NCBI RefSeq assembly: GCF_000150275.1
Contig: NW_002060945.1
Coordinates: 5,487,101 to 5,551,100 of the forward strand
Length of the DNA: 64,000 nucleotides
Reading direction: 5' to 3'
From: Trichoplax adhaerens
Taxonomy: Eukaryota > Animalia > Placozoa
Part shown: positions 20,490 to 45,870 of the stretch, piece by piece
Numbering within the stretch: the first letter of the stretch is position 1
How the letters are laid out: each line of letters begins with the position of its first letter
Program-made: the position numbers and the translations under genes
Notes under the pieces: generated by a model
Seen by the model: the letters and a program-made list of their open reading frames with translations, nothing else
The model's database searches: none
Told to the model about the DNA's origin: nothing

Positions 20490-23129
20490 AGTCGATTAAA
20501 AAAGCGAAATTCTTATAGTACTGTGGATTTATGATACACTGACAATCAAAGTTTAATCATGAGTTACTAGACATATTGTTTTATTCAATATCAAAAGATA
20601 GGCGATCGGTTGTTATCATAAGTTTTTACCTCGGTGTACAGTAGTACTTGACAAAATTTGCAATTATCGATGACGCGTACTGAATTGCTAACTGTTCAGA
20701 GGCTCTATTGAAAAGGTGAACAGCGCAACCGATTAATGCTATTTACGGATAATTTTCGGCTGTGCTAATTTATGGTTCGCGAAATCCGTCGCCTTCGATT
20801 TCTTAATACAGTATTTACTGTATATTTCATATGTTATAGACATAGGGAAATATTATACAAAAAACTGTACTGTAGATACGTCACGTTTCAACATAGGAAA
20901 TGGCTAGTTTACCCCATTATGAGATGCAACTGATGAAATGAACACTATCAACAATCGCTATTTAATAGCTTTGCCTTTCTCGATCTCGAAAGCTATGACA
21001 TACTTGCGATATTATGGGCTAAAAGGTGACGAGTTAACTCAGCTTTTATTGTGTATTTGTCACGTAATGAATACTGTAACGTTTCTTTCGGAAGCTACTG
21101 AGATGATTTTAAATTTATGTCAGTAATCTGTATTACAGTACGAGTAAGGAATATCAGCTTACTGCAATCCTGGTGATTTAATTTATAACGTATTTAACCA
21201 CCAAGATAGTTAACAATAATTATTGCTCATGGATTTGTAAGAATGTTTTTGTATTGAACCGTAAATAACTTACGAATATTTGCTGATTGTATGAAGTTAT
21301 AATACAACTAAGAGCTTCAAGACGTAGCATGATGAGGTCATTGATATTATGATACTAATTGAAGCCTATTTGTTTATTCTTCGGACGTATAAATAATTAT
21401 AATAATGCGTCAACACCGTTAGTTCTTTACACGTTGTACTGTTCTGGTTTATGACCTGTTGGAATTAATTGAAACTACGGTATCTTCAAATAAATGTAAA
21501 GGTTTTTTTCTACAATTTTCATTGTGATCTTATTGTACGAAGTATTGCGCTGATTTTGCAAAAGCGAATTTCTTACAAACGATATTATGTATATGATTAC
21601 AAGATTTTAAGCTGAAAAACTATTCGTTATTGTATGTATGTCTATAATTACATAACATGCGAATACACGTTGACAAATCAGCACGTAAAGACCAGGCATA
21701 CACTACTCGTAGTCATGGGATCACATTAAATTCTCTAGTACTGGTAACTGTAGTAGTATTGGACAACGCTTTTGAATTCACTTACTTACAGTTATCATTC
21801 TTGTTACACGACACAGAGTAGTTTACTGCATATGGGGCAATTTTATCCTCTAGGAACAGCATCTTTCTGATTTATGCAACACAATACTTAATCATCTTGC
21901 TTATTGATCTACAATTTTCAGGGATAGAACCGCATGCTACAGTGTGACGAACACCCATAATAGAAAATAGGTTATTAAAATAAAAAAAATAATTTTATGA
22001 GGAATTTATCAGGCTCAGCTTAAAATATTAGATGCTGTGATAGTTTGATAATGTGATAAATTCACTAGTGAATGTAGTAGTATAGTATAAAGAAATTGGG
22101 TGTGTACATTATCTATAGGCATGATAATTAATTATTGGATCCTATTAGTAAATAAAGCTTGTAATTTATACATGCGGCGAAATTAATGAATTAATGAATA
22201 AATAAGATGGTAAATACTTGAGAGAGAGACAGTAATTCATGGCTCAGAATGATATAATAGTTATTGACTGCTTTTAGAGCCAATACGATAGGGTTCTTAG
22301 TGAAGAGTAAAATGCGAATGTTTGCTTTCAAACTGTACTTGAAAGAAAGTGCACAGCACATCACTTAAAATAGTGCATGATCGTTGATACAATACTGTAT
22401 GTCACTGTCTATGGCATACGTATCTGTATAGTAGATTGACTGCAACATTAGCTGCCCTCAAGCGAATCGGGTAAATTTGAATAATACAATAACATTGGTT
22501 AATTAATTAATAGCTTTCCGAAAGGAAAATAGAAGAACTGTTACTGTTCAACTTCCGTAGTTGCAGCGTTTGCTTAGATTAGAATCTTTAATCGAGAGTT
22601 GAGATTAGCAGTAAATTAAAACGTATTCTAATATATTTCAATAGTGAATTAATTTATAATTGATTGGTTTCCTACAAGTAGCTAATCCCAAACATTTACC
22701 GATCTATTTCTTGAGCAATGAATGATCCAACTCCAATGATAGCCGAGGTAGGACATAGGCAATTTAACTTTAGCTTTTAGGTTATCGCGTGAAAATTCTC
22801 TGCTGAAAGATGAATTCAGAAATTCTGTGTGATTGAAAATATGCCAGTTGTGATGCGGGCAAGACAATGTAATTTAGGCATTTGATTATTATATAGTCGA
22901 TAATATACACGCGAATATTATGTGTGCTAGTATTTACGTATAAGGCGTATCGAAGAAAGAAATTAAACTAGCGCCAAATAATAAGCCCGCGGGATACAGA
23001 TGATCATTTCTTGTTGCCTTTATATTCACATTACTAGGACGGTATACTAGTATATTCGTTACTTTTCAGGCAACTACAGTCATTTATAATCTAAAAAAGG
23101 CTAGATAGCTTTCCGGTAGCACGAAAGGT

Positions 23130-23375
23130 TGATAACGTTTCTTTAATCAGTCATTAAGTAGAATGTCAGAATGGAACTTTAAGATCAAGTTTATTGGATA
23201 TCATCGGTTGAATCTGTTACTTTCAATCCATCTTTTTTCTGTATTCTTCATTGAAAGCATGAAAGTTAGATAACATTTCTTTGATCAGTCATGAGATAGA
23301 TTGTGAGAATAGACTAAGATTAATTGTATTGCACGACATCAGTTTAATCTACTACTTCCAATCCATCTATTTTCG
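23130..23375. repeat. Degenerate tandem duplication (~138-bp period, 2 copies)
   Basis: GATAAC.TTTCTTT.ATCAGTCAT ... CAATCCATCT occurs at ~23131 and ~23269. Confidence 0.7.
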
Positions 23376-24286
23376 TTCTCTTTGTTATTAAAAAACGCCC
23401 ACAGTACGCGTATATGTGTGCTCTTACTTATATCAAATCGTGAGTCTTACTGTGGATAAATTACAATTAATTTACACGGTTACTTTTTTATGATATCATC
23501 AACAGAAATTCTTCACTAATCTAGAAAGTGCTGAGTACTTTTTCAAAGCACTACATATGCATTACTAAAACTGTCCAGAGATGTGGTCGGAAAATTGATT
23601 ACTAAGTAATTGTTAATGTGGACATAACCGTTAACGAACATCTTAAGCATTTTGCTGTACGCTTCTATAAGGATCATGTTTGTGCTTTTGTAAGATTTGA
23701 ATTCCAGTGTGGAGGGTATCTCTACTTTACATCGACAAATGCTTCCTTTCTTTTAGTTACTATTCATATATATTATACTTTACTATTGTAAGGCATAATT
23801 TATTAACTTTATTAGTTTGAATGCAAGGTATAATTAAGATAGACCGAATTTAAATTAATTTTATTTAACTTGGGCTTATAGTAATTGATAATTTACTTGC
23901 ATGGATGTGGATGCTATCGTTTATGCAATATTTTTAGTTTCATAAACTGATCGTGTTCTTGACATTAGCTCTAATAATGAACAGGCTAATGCTAGCTACT
24001 AGCAAGTTACTACACGATGCAGTTAAGCATCTATTAATATATCTATATACGAGTACTATCATGCATCAAAGTACCATAAACACGTTTATATATTCGTTAG
24101 CTAGAAAAAACTTTTGCGATGATTCAATCTTGATATCTTGCGATCTGCTATACATTATGACATAAGTAAACGCTATTTTGTTACTTTGTAAGCTAACTAT
24201 TACAGTATTCAAAGTAGAACCTTAAATAATTAAATCATTTACGAATCTGTATCTCATGCTTACTAATTTCTGCATCGCTGTTACAG

Positions 24287-28156
<3,870 letters not shown>

Positions 28157-28811
28157 CGTCTCAGAAAATAAATTAACAGAGGATGGAGCATTATGGATAT
28201 CGAGCGCTTTATTTTAAAAGAAATAATAAGGCGGTTAGCAGATGAACTCTTGCTTGGAGGTAAGAGGAAGACAACTTTTTTTAGCTTCATGACGATTGCT
28301 GATCTCACTACTATTTAAAGCAAAATTGCACGTTTACTCGCGAAAGCAAGCACTTAACTGTATAATTTTTGTTTTCTTGTCTTGAGAGCCAACTACAGAT
28401 CGATGTAGATACTTGTTGTGGCCTGAGTGCAGGCTCTACTGGCTTTACTTAGTAGTTCAATCAATCTAGTTCGGAAATCTTTAAGAAGTTCATAATTATA
28501 GAAAGCCCTATTGCGCTACAACTGATTTTTAAATTATTGAGCTAATTCTTGATTGTATAATTATTTATCATTTTGCCTAAATGCAAGTATGGAGCTTGAA
28601 TTATTTATAATGTTGAAAATAAAGCCAATTTATATTGTTTAATAACATTGTAGCTGTTCACATTAAAGTGAAAACTTATGAAAGTATCGTTGGGCATTAT
28701 TTTATCATTTTCAGTTGGTTATGGAAAATCAGTTCATATTTTAAAAATTATATAATAGTGGAGATCCTACGCTATCTGCAATTGTAGTGAATAGATTAAT
28801 TATACTGTATG

Positions 28812-29696
28812 TAAGAGAATAATCCTAGATGTAGCTGATGCTTTACGTGATTAGCATGGAAACTCCCTCAAAAACATAATTTTATTGGAATTGAGATTGA
28901 ATTTCGAATTATGAAGCAAACTCATTGTACTTGTCCAATCCTTATAGACCTTCACATAGCACTTCTATTTACTTTGAATCTGTAACAGAAAACTCAATGT
29001 GGTAATAGATAGAGTTTTCGAAAAATTTCATGTATTCAAATTTAATAGTTCAAAAATTCCACCTGATTTATAACTATCAAGCGTGGAGCTTTGCAGATTT
29101 AATGGAGAAAATTGCAATTCTATTAGCCTTAGTTGACTTTTTATTCAGGTTTAAAGGCATAAATTCATCGGAGTTTTTGATTAAGTTTTGAATTATCAAG
29201 CAAACTTATACCTGCCCAATCTTCATAGTACTTCTATTTACTTTAAATCTGTAACAGAAATTTGACTGAAAATTCGATGTGATAAACGAATTAAAAATTA
29301 GCACAGTTCCTACGTTATTAGGATCTACAATTATGGCGGATGAATGAAATCAATATAAGAGAACAATCCTAGCTGTAGATGATGTTTTACGCGATTAGCA
29401 TTGTTGCAAACTGCCTTAGAGATATAATGCCATTGGAATTGTGATTGGATTAATTATGAAGTAAATTTATCCACGCTTCATCTTTATAGTACTTCTTTTT
29501 ACTTTAAATCTGTAATGGAAATGAAGTGAAATTTCATGCGATAACGGATTCAAGTTTTCGCCCAATTTAATGTACTCCATTTAGTAGCTTAGTAAAAGAA
29601 ATTCCACCTGATTTAGAACGATCAAGATCGAAGCTTTGCAGATTCAAAAGAAGAAAATTGAAATTGTAGGTAGCTTTAGTTGACTTTTATCCAGGT
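28812..29696. repeat. Diverged direct duplication, ~544-bp period (28812-29150 and 29356-29696) with a partial third copy near 29190-29260
   Basis: Shared TAAGAGAA.AATCCTAG, ACTTCT.TTTACTTT.AATCTGTAA, AATTCCACCTGATTTA, AGCTTTGCAGATT and TTAGTTGACTTTT. Confidence 0.85.
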
Positions 29697-29949
29697 CTAT
29701 GCTGAAATAGTCCCTAAATCCCGATTGTGCAGAAATGGGTTCCTTCTCGCCAAGCAACAAATAATAACAAACTACAGCAGTATTTCCCATTTTTTTTATC
29801 TACCGTATATGCCGTATTGCACAGGGAGCCATTCCCTCTTCAAATTAATTAATTCCTAGCGATAAAACATCTTCAAACTATTCAGATATCAACTTGTATT
29901 TCCTATAAAACTTGATTCCATAAAATTAGACTACCTTATACTGCAATAC

Positions 29950-30564
29950 ACAACTTGAACTATCTTGGCGCTATCTTGTAATTTGATCTTAAGCTCATTT
30001 GGGGCCCACATCATATCTCTACAGTATCAGAGGGGAAAAAGAATTCTTTTAAAATGGCTGCTCCATTCGTTATGACGATTTCAAAGCTTGGAATTTATCT
30101 ATTTAGTTAGTTAATGAATTAAAGAATTAAATTATTGCCATGATAATTTTTTTCATGATAGCTTGCACGACTTGAACTACTTTGGCGCTATCTTGTAATT
30201 CGATCTTAAGCTCATTTGGGGCCCACACCATATCCCTAGAGGAGAAAAAGAATTCTTTTGAATAGCTGCTCCATTCGTTATGACGATTTCAAAGCTTGGA
30301 ATTTATCTATTTAGTTAGTTAATGAATTAAAGAATTGAATTATTGCCATGATAATTTTTTTCATGATAGCTTGCACAACTTGAACTAGTTTTGCGCTATC
30401 TTGTAATTCGATCTTAAGCTCATTTGGGGCCCACACCATATCCCTAGAGGAGAAAAAGAATTCTTTTGAATAGCTGCTGCATTCGTTATGACAATTTCAA
30501 AGCTTGGAATTTATTTATTTAGTTAGTTAATGAATTAAAGAATTGAATTATTGCCATGATAGCT
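29950..30564. repeat. Tandem repeat, 3 near-identical copies of a ~209-215-bp unit
   Basis: Units start at ~29950, ~30165 and ~30374 (ACTTGAACTA...GATCTTAAGCTCATTTGGGGCCCACA...TTCAAAGCTTGGAATTTAT...TTGCCATGATA). Confidence 0.95.
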
Positions 30565-31104
30565 TTTCCCTTTGAATCTTCCATGCAGTCCTACGCGTAC
30601 AATAGTAAAGTGATATAGCTCTTATGGGCGCCATCGCTCCTATCGCCATCATTAGGCTAATTATCCGTATGTCCGTACGTAGACTGGACAACCCCAAAGC
30701 TTAACGTATATAGACAACCAGCTCATGGCACTGCACAGTACTGCACAGTATGCATTGCTCGCAAATAATAATCATTATATAATTAGTAAACATATTTCAA
30801 CCCATGATATCTACTGCAAACTTAATGAACTTGCTGAGATCTATTAGTCCACTAGAACATTGAGAAGAGAAAAAGAATCTCTTTGCAATTAGAGTACAGT
30901 CGTAGTGGCACTTGTCAATATTTAGAATCGACAGTTTACATACATAGGTTAGCATCGGCGGCGGTTAATCTTGGAAAGGAGTTAAAACGACGACACGACG
31001 CTCGGTAGAGTTTCCGCTGGCCTTAGTGGTAGCCAACCATACGCTCCTTTTTTTTTTGGATTGAATTCTAAATGGTCCAGCACGAAGCATAAAATATCAA
31101 ACTA

Positions 31105-36438
<5,334 letters not shown>

Positions 36439-37416
36439 CTTGCACTTTTATAAGAATTAGTAGAGCTATGGAATGATTAACTTTTTTACCCGGACATAAA
36501 TAGAAGACGATTTTTAGTACATTTATCGCATTCCTAGTTATTATGCCTGTATGATTAAAACAGAGTTATTGGTGTATTCATTTAGTATTATAATGCAAAA
36601 TGATTCATCTTGGGCATATAAATGTATATTACGGTTATCTACGCAAGTTATCGCTAGGGTATTGGTTACAAGAGTTAATTATCCATTGGTGTCGATATTG
36701 CCTACAGTATTTCTGCCTGACGGCCAATTCTGTATATCGTATGAATATATTGATAGTATAGCTAAGACTACTACAAGAGGTGAATGAATAAAATGACAAG
36801 AATTACAGATGCCTTATCGATCAAATTTTGTATATGATATAGCTAATGTGGTTGACACTGCTTTGATAAATCAGTCTAATATTAGCACCGATGCATTATG
36901 ATCAGTCCTTTTATTTTTGAATGATGATACGAATTTATCAATGATAATGGCCCTGACTGGAATATCTTGGAAATGCATAGGAGTCGATGGCTCTAGTTGA
37001 TTTCTTACGCGTGTCACCAATAAAATTGATTATATTTTGGCAATAGCAATGATAGTATGAGAGAATCTTGATTCTTTTTTTCTTCGAAAGGGGTTACCTG
37101 TTTTATTGTAGTATAGTCTTATGGAATAGGGAGTAATAATGGCACCACAAACATTTAGTCTGTCTTCAATTGATATTAACTAATACTTGATGTTTATACT
37201 ACGTATCGATTGCTACGCGCCTAGTTCTAGATATCAAGACTCGATCTTGAGAATTGGCTAAAAGTTGATAGACGCGTTTTGATGATTTTTCGACATACGT
37301 TTTCAAGACTGGCACGGTGAGTCATTCATTCATTCATTCATTCATTGAAAAAGTTAATTTAATGCATTACTTGAATGGCATCATGGAGAATAGTTACTGA
37401 GATTGAGATAAATTGA

Positions 37417-37849
37417 TTAAAATGGAATTTTCCCAGCTAAAGCTACAGTTCGTCTATTGAAATAACGAATTGACATCTTGTCAATGATAGCAGCCTATAG
37501 TGCACAGTATAAGCAAAGCGGCTGATAGTTGATCATGACTGTACTATGGAACAGGATGGAATGCAGACCTCTGCAAGTGTTGGTACTTTGCTCAGGAATC
37601 TCTCAAGTAAAATAATAGTTGACTAGGGGGATGTACTGATTCAGGGGAGCGATGAGCTTTTTTTCTTCTAAAATTGGCCGACTATTTTCACTTGAGAGCT
37701 TGGTGACTTGGAGTCGGTGCTCAATTTTCGAGAAATTTTCCAGTTTTAATTACGTCATGTCCAGTATCTGGACTGTGGAGGTTGATGGTCTCGCAGAGTA
37801 CCGCCGTAATACTGTACAGTAGTATTGTAAGGAACAGAATACTGTACAT
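37417..37849 (-). CDS. Candidate small secreted protein/peptide precursor (3 putative exons)
   Basis: ATG at 37849 gives MYSILFLTILLYSITAVLC (signal-peptide-like) ETINLHSPDTGHD, then a GTAATT donor. Exon 37569-37622 (STIILLERFLSKVPTLAE) follows CCCCCTAG. Exon from 37494 reads AAIIDKMSIRYFNRRTVALAGKIPF*. All junctions are phase 0. No homology recognised. Confidence 0.35.
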
Positions 37850-38069
37850 TACAATGTATAGTACTGTAGAAAAAGACAAGAATTGACATCGGTATTTTTG
37901 ACTTTCAGTGCTAATCGTAGCAACTTTACACACTTTATATCCATTTCAATGGCATATTCACATAGAGCGTCTTATTTCCAATGGACTGATAGCAAATTTG
38001 TCTAATAAAGTTTTCTCATTGGTTGATTGCGTTTTCATATCATTTCAATTTCCGGGATAGATTTATGAG

Positions 38070-38340
38070 ACACTACAGTACAGTACTGTACGACAGATTG
38101 ATGCTGTGCACTGTGCACTGTACACTGTGCAGTACAGTACAGTACTGTACACCGTACAGTATTGCGTAGTCCTTGGTGCATTGCATTCCAGTCTAGTCCA
38201 GTCTAGTCCAGACCAGACCAGACTAGACCAGTCCAGTCCAGTCCGGTTTAGTTCACTATGTGTCTCTATACAGTACTGTATGTTGAGTAGTCCCTTGGTC
38301 CGGTCCAGTCCAGTCCGGTCCAGTCCGGTCCAGTGTACGT
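38070..38340. repeat. TACAG/CTGTA cluster plus imperfect (CCAGT/CCGGT)n pentamer microsatellite, putative promoter region
   Basis: TACAGTACAGTACTGTAC runs at 38075-38160; CCAGT/CTAGT/CCGGT arrays at 38188-38247 and 38297-38334. Confidence 0.85.
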
Positions 38341-38454
38341 CCATATCGCCTCTAGTCAGACTTGTTACACACGATTGGGATTGCAGATTTCATACTAACG
38401 CATGTATCTGGCAGAACTGAATCAGACAGAGTGGCGAATAGGTTGGCGGTAGCG

Positions 38455-38688
38455 ATGGCCTTCGCGCGTTGCTGTGGTTCTGGTGGTTCGTGTGTTGACG
38501 GTCTACTGGAGGTCACAAGTCCATACTACGCACACTCAAGCGGCACAAAGCGATCGACCCTTGGTGAACAATTGGGTGGTACTGTAGAGTCAAGGCAGGG
38601 ACTACCACAAGTGGTAAAGACGGCTGCTGGGCCGGAGCGTTTTACTTTGCAAAGCCAATCTTCATCCATCGACAGCGACCAATTCCTT
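38455..38688 (+). CDS. Candidate alternative first coding exon of CSK (78 aa, MAFARCCGSGGSC...)
   Basis: GC-rich open frame starting in a GCGATGG context and ending at CTT|GTGAGT in phase 0, compatible with the phase-0 CSK acceptor at 42755. Confidence 0.55.
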
Positions 38689-38753
38689 GTGAGTAGAATG
38701 TTGTTTTGCTTGTCATCAATCTGATGTAGCGATAGCCAATGCGTTATGAAGAT

Positions 38754-39755
38754 AGTGTAGATGATCCATCATCGATTGCAACTGCGATCGCAATGGTGGA
38801 TTCCATCTCTCTTTTAGACTATCTTGACAGGGATAGAAAAGAGTTGTTTTCTATTTTCACTGGCTGCTATAGTCATGGAGTGTAGTGGAGGATAGATAAT
38901 GTAGATAATCCATCATCGATTGCAAGTGCAATCGCAATGGTGAACTGAATCTCTCTCTCAGACTATCTTGACATGGATAGAAAAGAGTTGTTTTCTATTT
39001 TCACTGGCTGCTATAGTCATGGAGTGTAGTGGAGGATAGATAATGTAGATAATCCATCATCGATTGCAAGTGCAATCGCAATGGTGAACTGAATCTCTCT
39101 CTCAGACTATCTTGACATGGATAGAAAAGAGTTGTTTTCTATTTTCACTGGCTGCTATAGTCATGGAGTGTAGTGGAGGATAGATAATGTAGATAATCCA
39201 TCATCGATTGCAAGTGCAATCGCAATGGTGAACTGAATCTCTCTCTCAGACTATCTTGACATGGATAGAAAAGAGTTGTTTTCTATTTTCACTGGCTGCT
39301 ATAGTCATGGAGTGTAGTGGAAGATAGATAGTGTAGATAATCCATCATCGATTGCAAGTGCAATCGCAATGGTGAACTGAATCTCTCTCTTTTAGACTAT
39401 CTTGACATGGATAGAAAAGAATTGTTTTCTATTTTCACTGGCTGCTGTAGTCATGGACAGTAGGTGGAGGAGAGTGTAGATGATCCATGATCGATCGCAA
39501 GTGCAATCGCAATGGTGAACTAAATCTCTCCCTCAGACTATCTTGACATGGATAGAAAAGAGTTGTTTTCTATTTTCACTGGCTGCTATAGTCATGGACT
39601 GTAGGTGGAGGAGAGTGTAGATGATCCATGATCGATCGCAAGTGCGATTGCAACGGTGAACTGAATCTCTCTCTCAGACATTCATTAGAATGGCTAAAAA
39701 AGATTTAGTTTCTATTTTCACTGCCTTGGATATGCATGGAGTGTAGTGGAGGAGA
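38754..39755. repeat. Tandem repeat, 7 copies of a ~144-bp unit
   Basis: CCATCATCGAT/CCATGATCGAT anchor at 38766, 38910, 39054, 39198, 39342, 39485 and 39626. Central copies appear identical; flanking copies are diverged. Confidence 0.97.
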
Positions 39756-42141
39756 CGTGGACTGATGACATCATCTTGAAAGTATACTTGTTTGGGTACA
39801 GCATCGTAGTCAAAGCGGTAGTCTATCGTGCGACTTGGATGTAGGATAGCCCCTAAGGGCTAGTAGGACATTTTTCACTGTCGATGCCTTGTACCTTGAT
39901 CAGACTGACGAGGCAAGTAGGGGATTCTTTCCCTAGTTGATGTCATGACCAAGTGAAAATGGCTGCCTTGATATAGCCAATAGGAAGGATTGTGTTGGAT
40001 GGATAAAATCAGAATCATGGACTAAAGCTTCCTTGCAGGATGATGCATTGACTCATTCTACAAATGATACCGTCTATAATACTGCAGGCGCTCGCCATCT
40101 TACAGTACTGTAGTTGACTCTGAAAGTCTTTCACTTAAAATCGAGATCCTTCATTGACTTTGATAAAGCATTTCGCTTAGACAGGGTTGTTGATTGTAGC
40201 GGGTAGTACCTATTGAAATCGCCTATACTGTACATATCATTCTATTTCTACTCCTCCTACTAAATGCTTGAAAAATTCAACCTGTCAAAAACACCATGAT
40301 AACTTACCAAATAACATCAGTTCCAATCTCAAATATCGCTGGTTTGGTTTTCTATTGTAATCGATCACACTTGTTAATCGATTGTGGCAGAAAGGATTAT
40401 AAATTATATATCCCTTAATGATATACTTAACAAAATAGCTGTCTTACTCTAAAGCTACCCTTATTGCATCGATCGCTATCCCATTCTACGGGGAGCAATG
40501 GTAGCATGCTCTTATTATGATTCAATCTTTCGACGACTAAAAATTCATTTACTCTAATACAGTCATGATGTTTGGATAGGAGAAGTTGACATGCCAGTAC
40601 AAATCTTTTTCCATGGCAACATCTTAAATTTCAGCAGCGTACAGTAGCATCAAAGCCTGTACAATACAAATCGATCAATCGAGCACAATCCATATATTAT
40701 AACGACAATCGGTTATACAGTAGAGTAACGACCTTGACCATTCAATTTGGTACTACCAATCTCATGGCCATGATCGAATGACTACTTTTCCTCACTCGCA
40801 TCAGAGTAGCTTTATACATTGGCCAGTGCTGGTCAATCTGTAGCTTGTTGATACATTTATGTTATCATCGGTAGAAATGATCGCCTATACCCCCCTACTT
40901 CTGACTAGCGCTATCGAAATCAATTTTAAGACTTTGACAACTTCTCTCCTACATACACAGAGCATAGCAGACGTCAAATCTAGCCATAAAAAGTAGACTT
41001 GTCAACTAGCAGTCTTGGCGGATCAATGCAATACGATAATCTTAGTTTGCTTCTATTTGAAGACATTCATACCAGTTGATCTCTTGACGCTTTACCCTTT
41101 TAGAAGTTACTGCCGTTGTCATGCCTTTGATTTTCCTATTATGTAGCTAATCTTTTCGGAGTAATGTTAAAACATGGAAGTTTATCTTCAAACTACCAAT
41201 AGAACAAGAGCTCAAATGACTCGTACCCTTATCCACAAGACCACAATGGACTCCATCGGCTACCAAAACTGTTCATTGCAATGTAATCTTGTGCGTCATC
41301 ATTTATTAAGACCTAGATCTATATGCTCTCAGACATTGACAGCCCTGTGAACATAATGATGGTCACAAGACTGTACGGAATGCATACATTTCGATCTTAA
41401 ATCTTATTGCTGTATTACACCTATTCCCATTATGCTTTACATGCGTGTATTCGAATAATTGTATAGGTTAATAGACCGATAAATTAAATATTCATCAATT
41501 ATTGATAGTGATTCATATACAACATTGGGAAAACTCTGATTAGTTCAAAGGAGAAGATCGGCGGGTAGAAAATTGAATGTTCCTGCTTGGTGCTACCATA
41601 TTCTGCGTCTACCAGCCAATGCTGTAATCCACAAATATTACCTTTATAATACATTTAAAACGTCCACTCAGTCAAGCTAACACGAGCACCTAATAGATAG
41701 AAGGTTCTATTAGTCAATTCATGACAATAAGACCAAAAAACAAATCCTGTTTTTTTATAATGTACTAACACTAATATTATAAAATGGAAATCATTCTGCT
41801 TTAGTCTGCTATTTATGCACACTACAGTACTATACTGTAGTTCCCATTGATCCAGTCTGATATCAACAATCAATTCCATGCAATGGAAGCGAATTGCTAT
41901 TCCTTTTCTTCACCAAAGTTTTTATAAGTTTATCAAATAAACTGTGAAACTGAATCCACAATAACTTTTCCATATGAAGAATTTGACTGTATATACGCGT
42001 ACAGTATGCTACCTAACTCTATCTTAGATTCGTCTTTCTGCTTTTTGATATGATCGTACGCTTATAGCAAAATCAAGTTGAGATTATTTGGCTGTGGAGT
42101 GGGAAAACGTATCCGAAGATATCATAGTGCGAGGATTCATC

Positions 42142-45870
<3,729 letters not shown>

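Noticed and set aside
23821-23831. ATGCAAG|GTAT upstream of both pseudokinases (also at 32763) as the start exon
   Set aside because: It gives a phase-1 donor, incompatible with the phase-0 SH3 exon. It could at most be a non-coding exon end.
20500-24200. Transposon or additional gene between UPF1 and pseudokinase copy 1
   Set aside because: No transposase/RT motifs, terminal repeats or consistent exon chain were found by eye.
38063-38420. ORFs 38063-38344(-) and 38106-38420(+), and similar YSTV/TVQY-rich ORFs at 10499, 11824, 11872, 49827, 54465, 61448 and 62145
   Set aside because: These are translations of TACAG/CCAGT microsatellites, which happen to lack stop codons.
38754-39755. CRISPR-like array or coding repeat (unit length divisible by 3, internal palindromes)
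   Set aside because: Units are head-to-tail with no unique spacers, there are no cas genes, the context is eukaryotic, and no long ORF spans the array.
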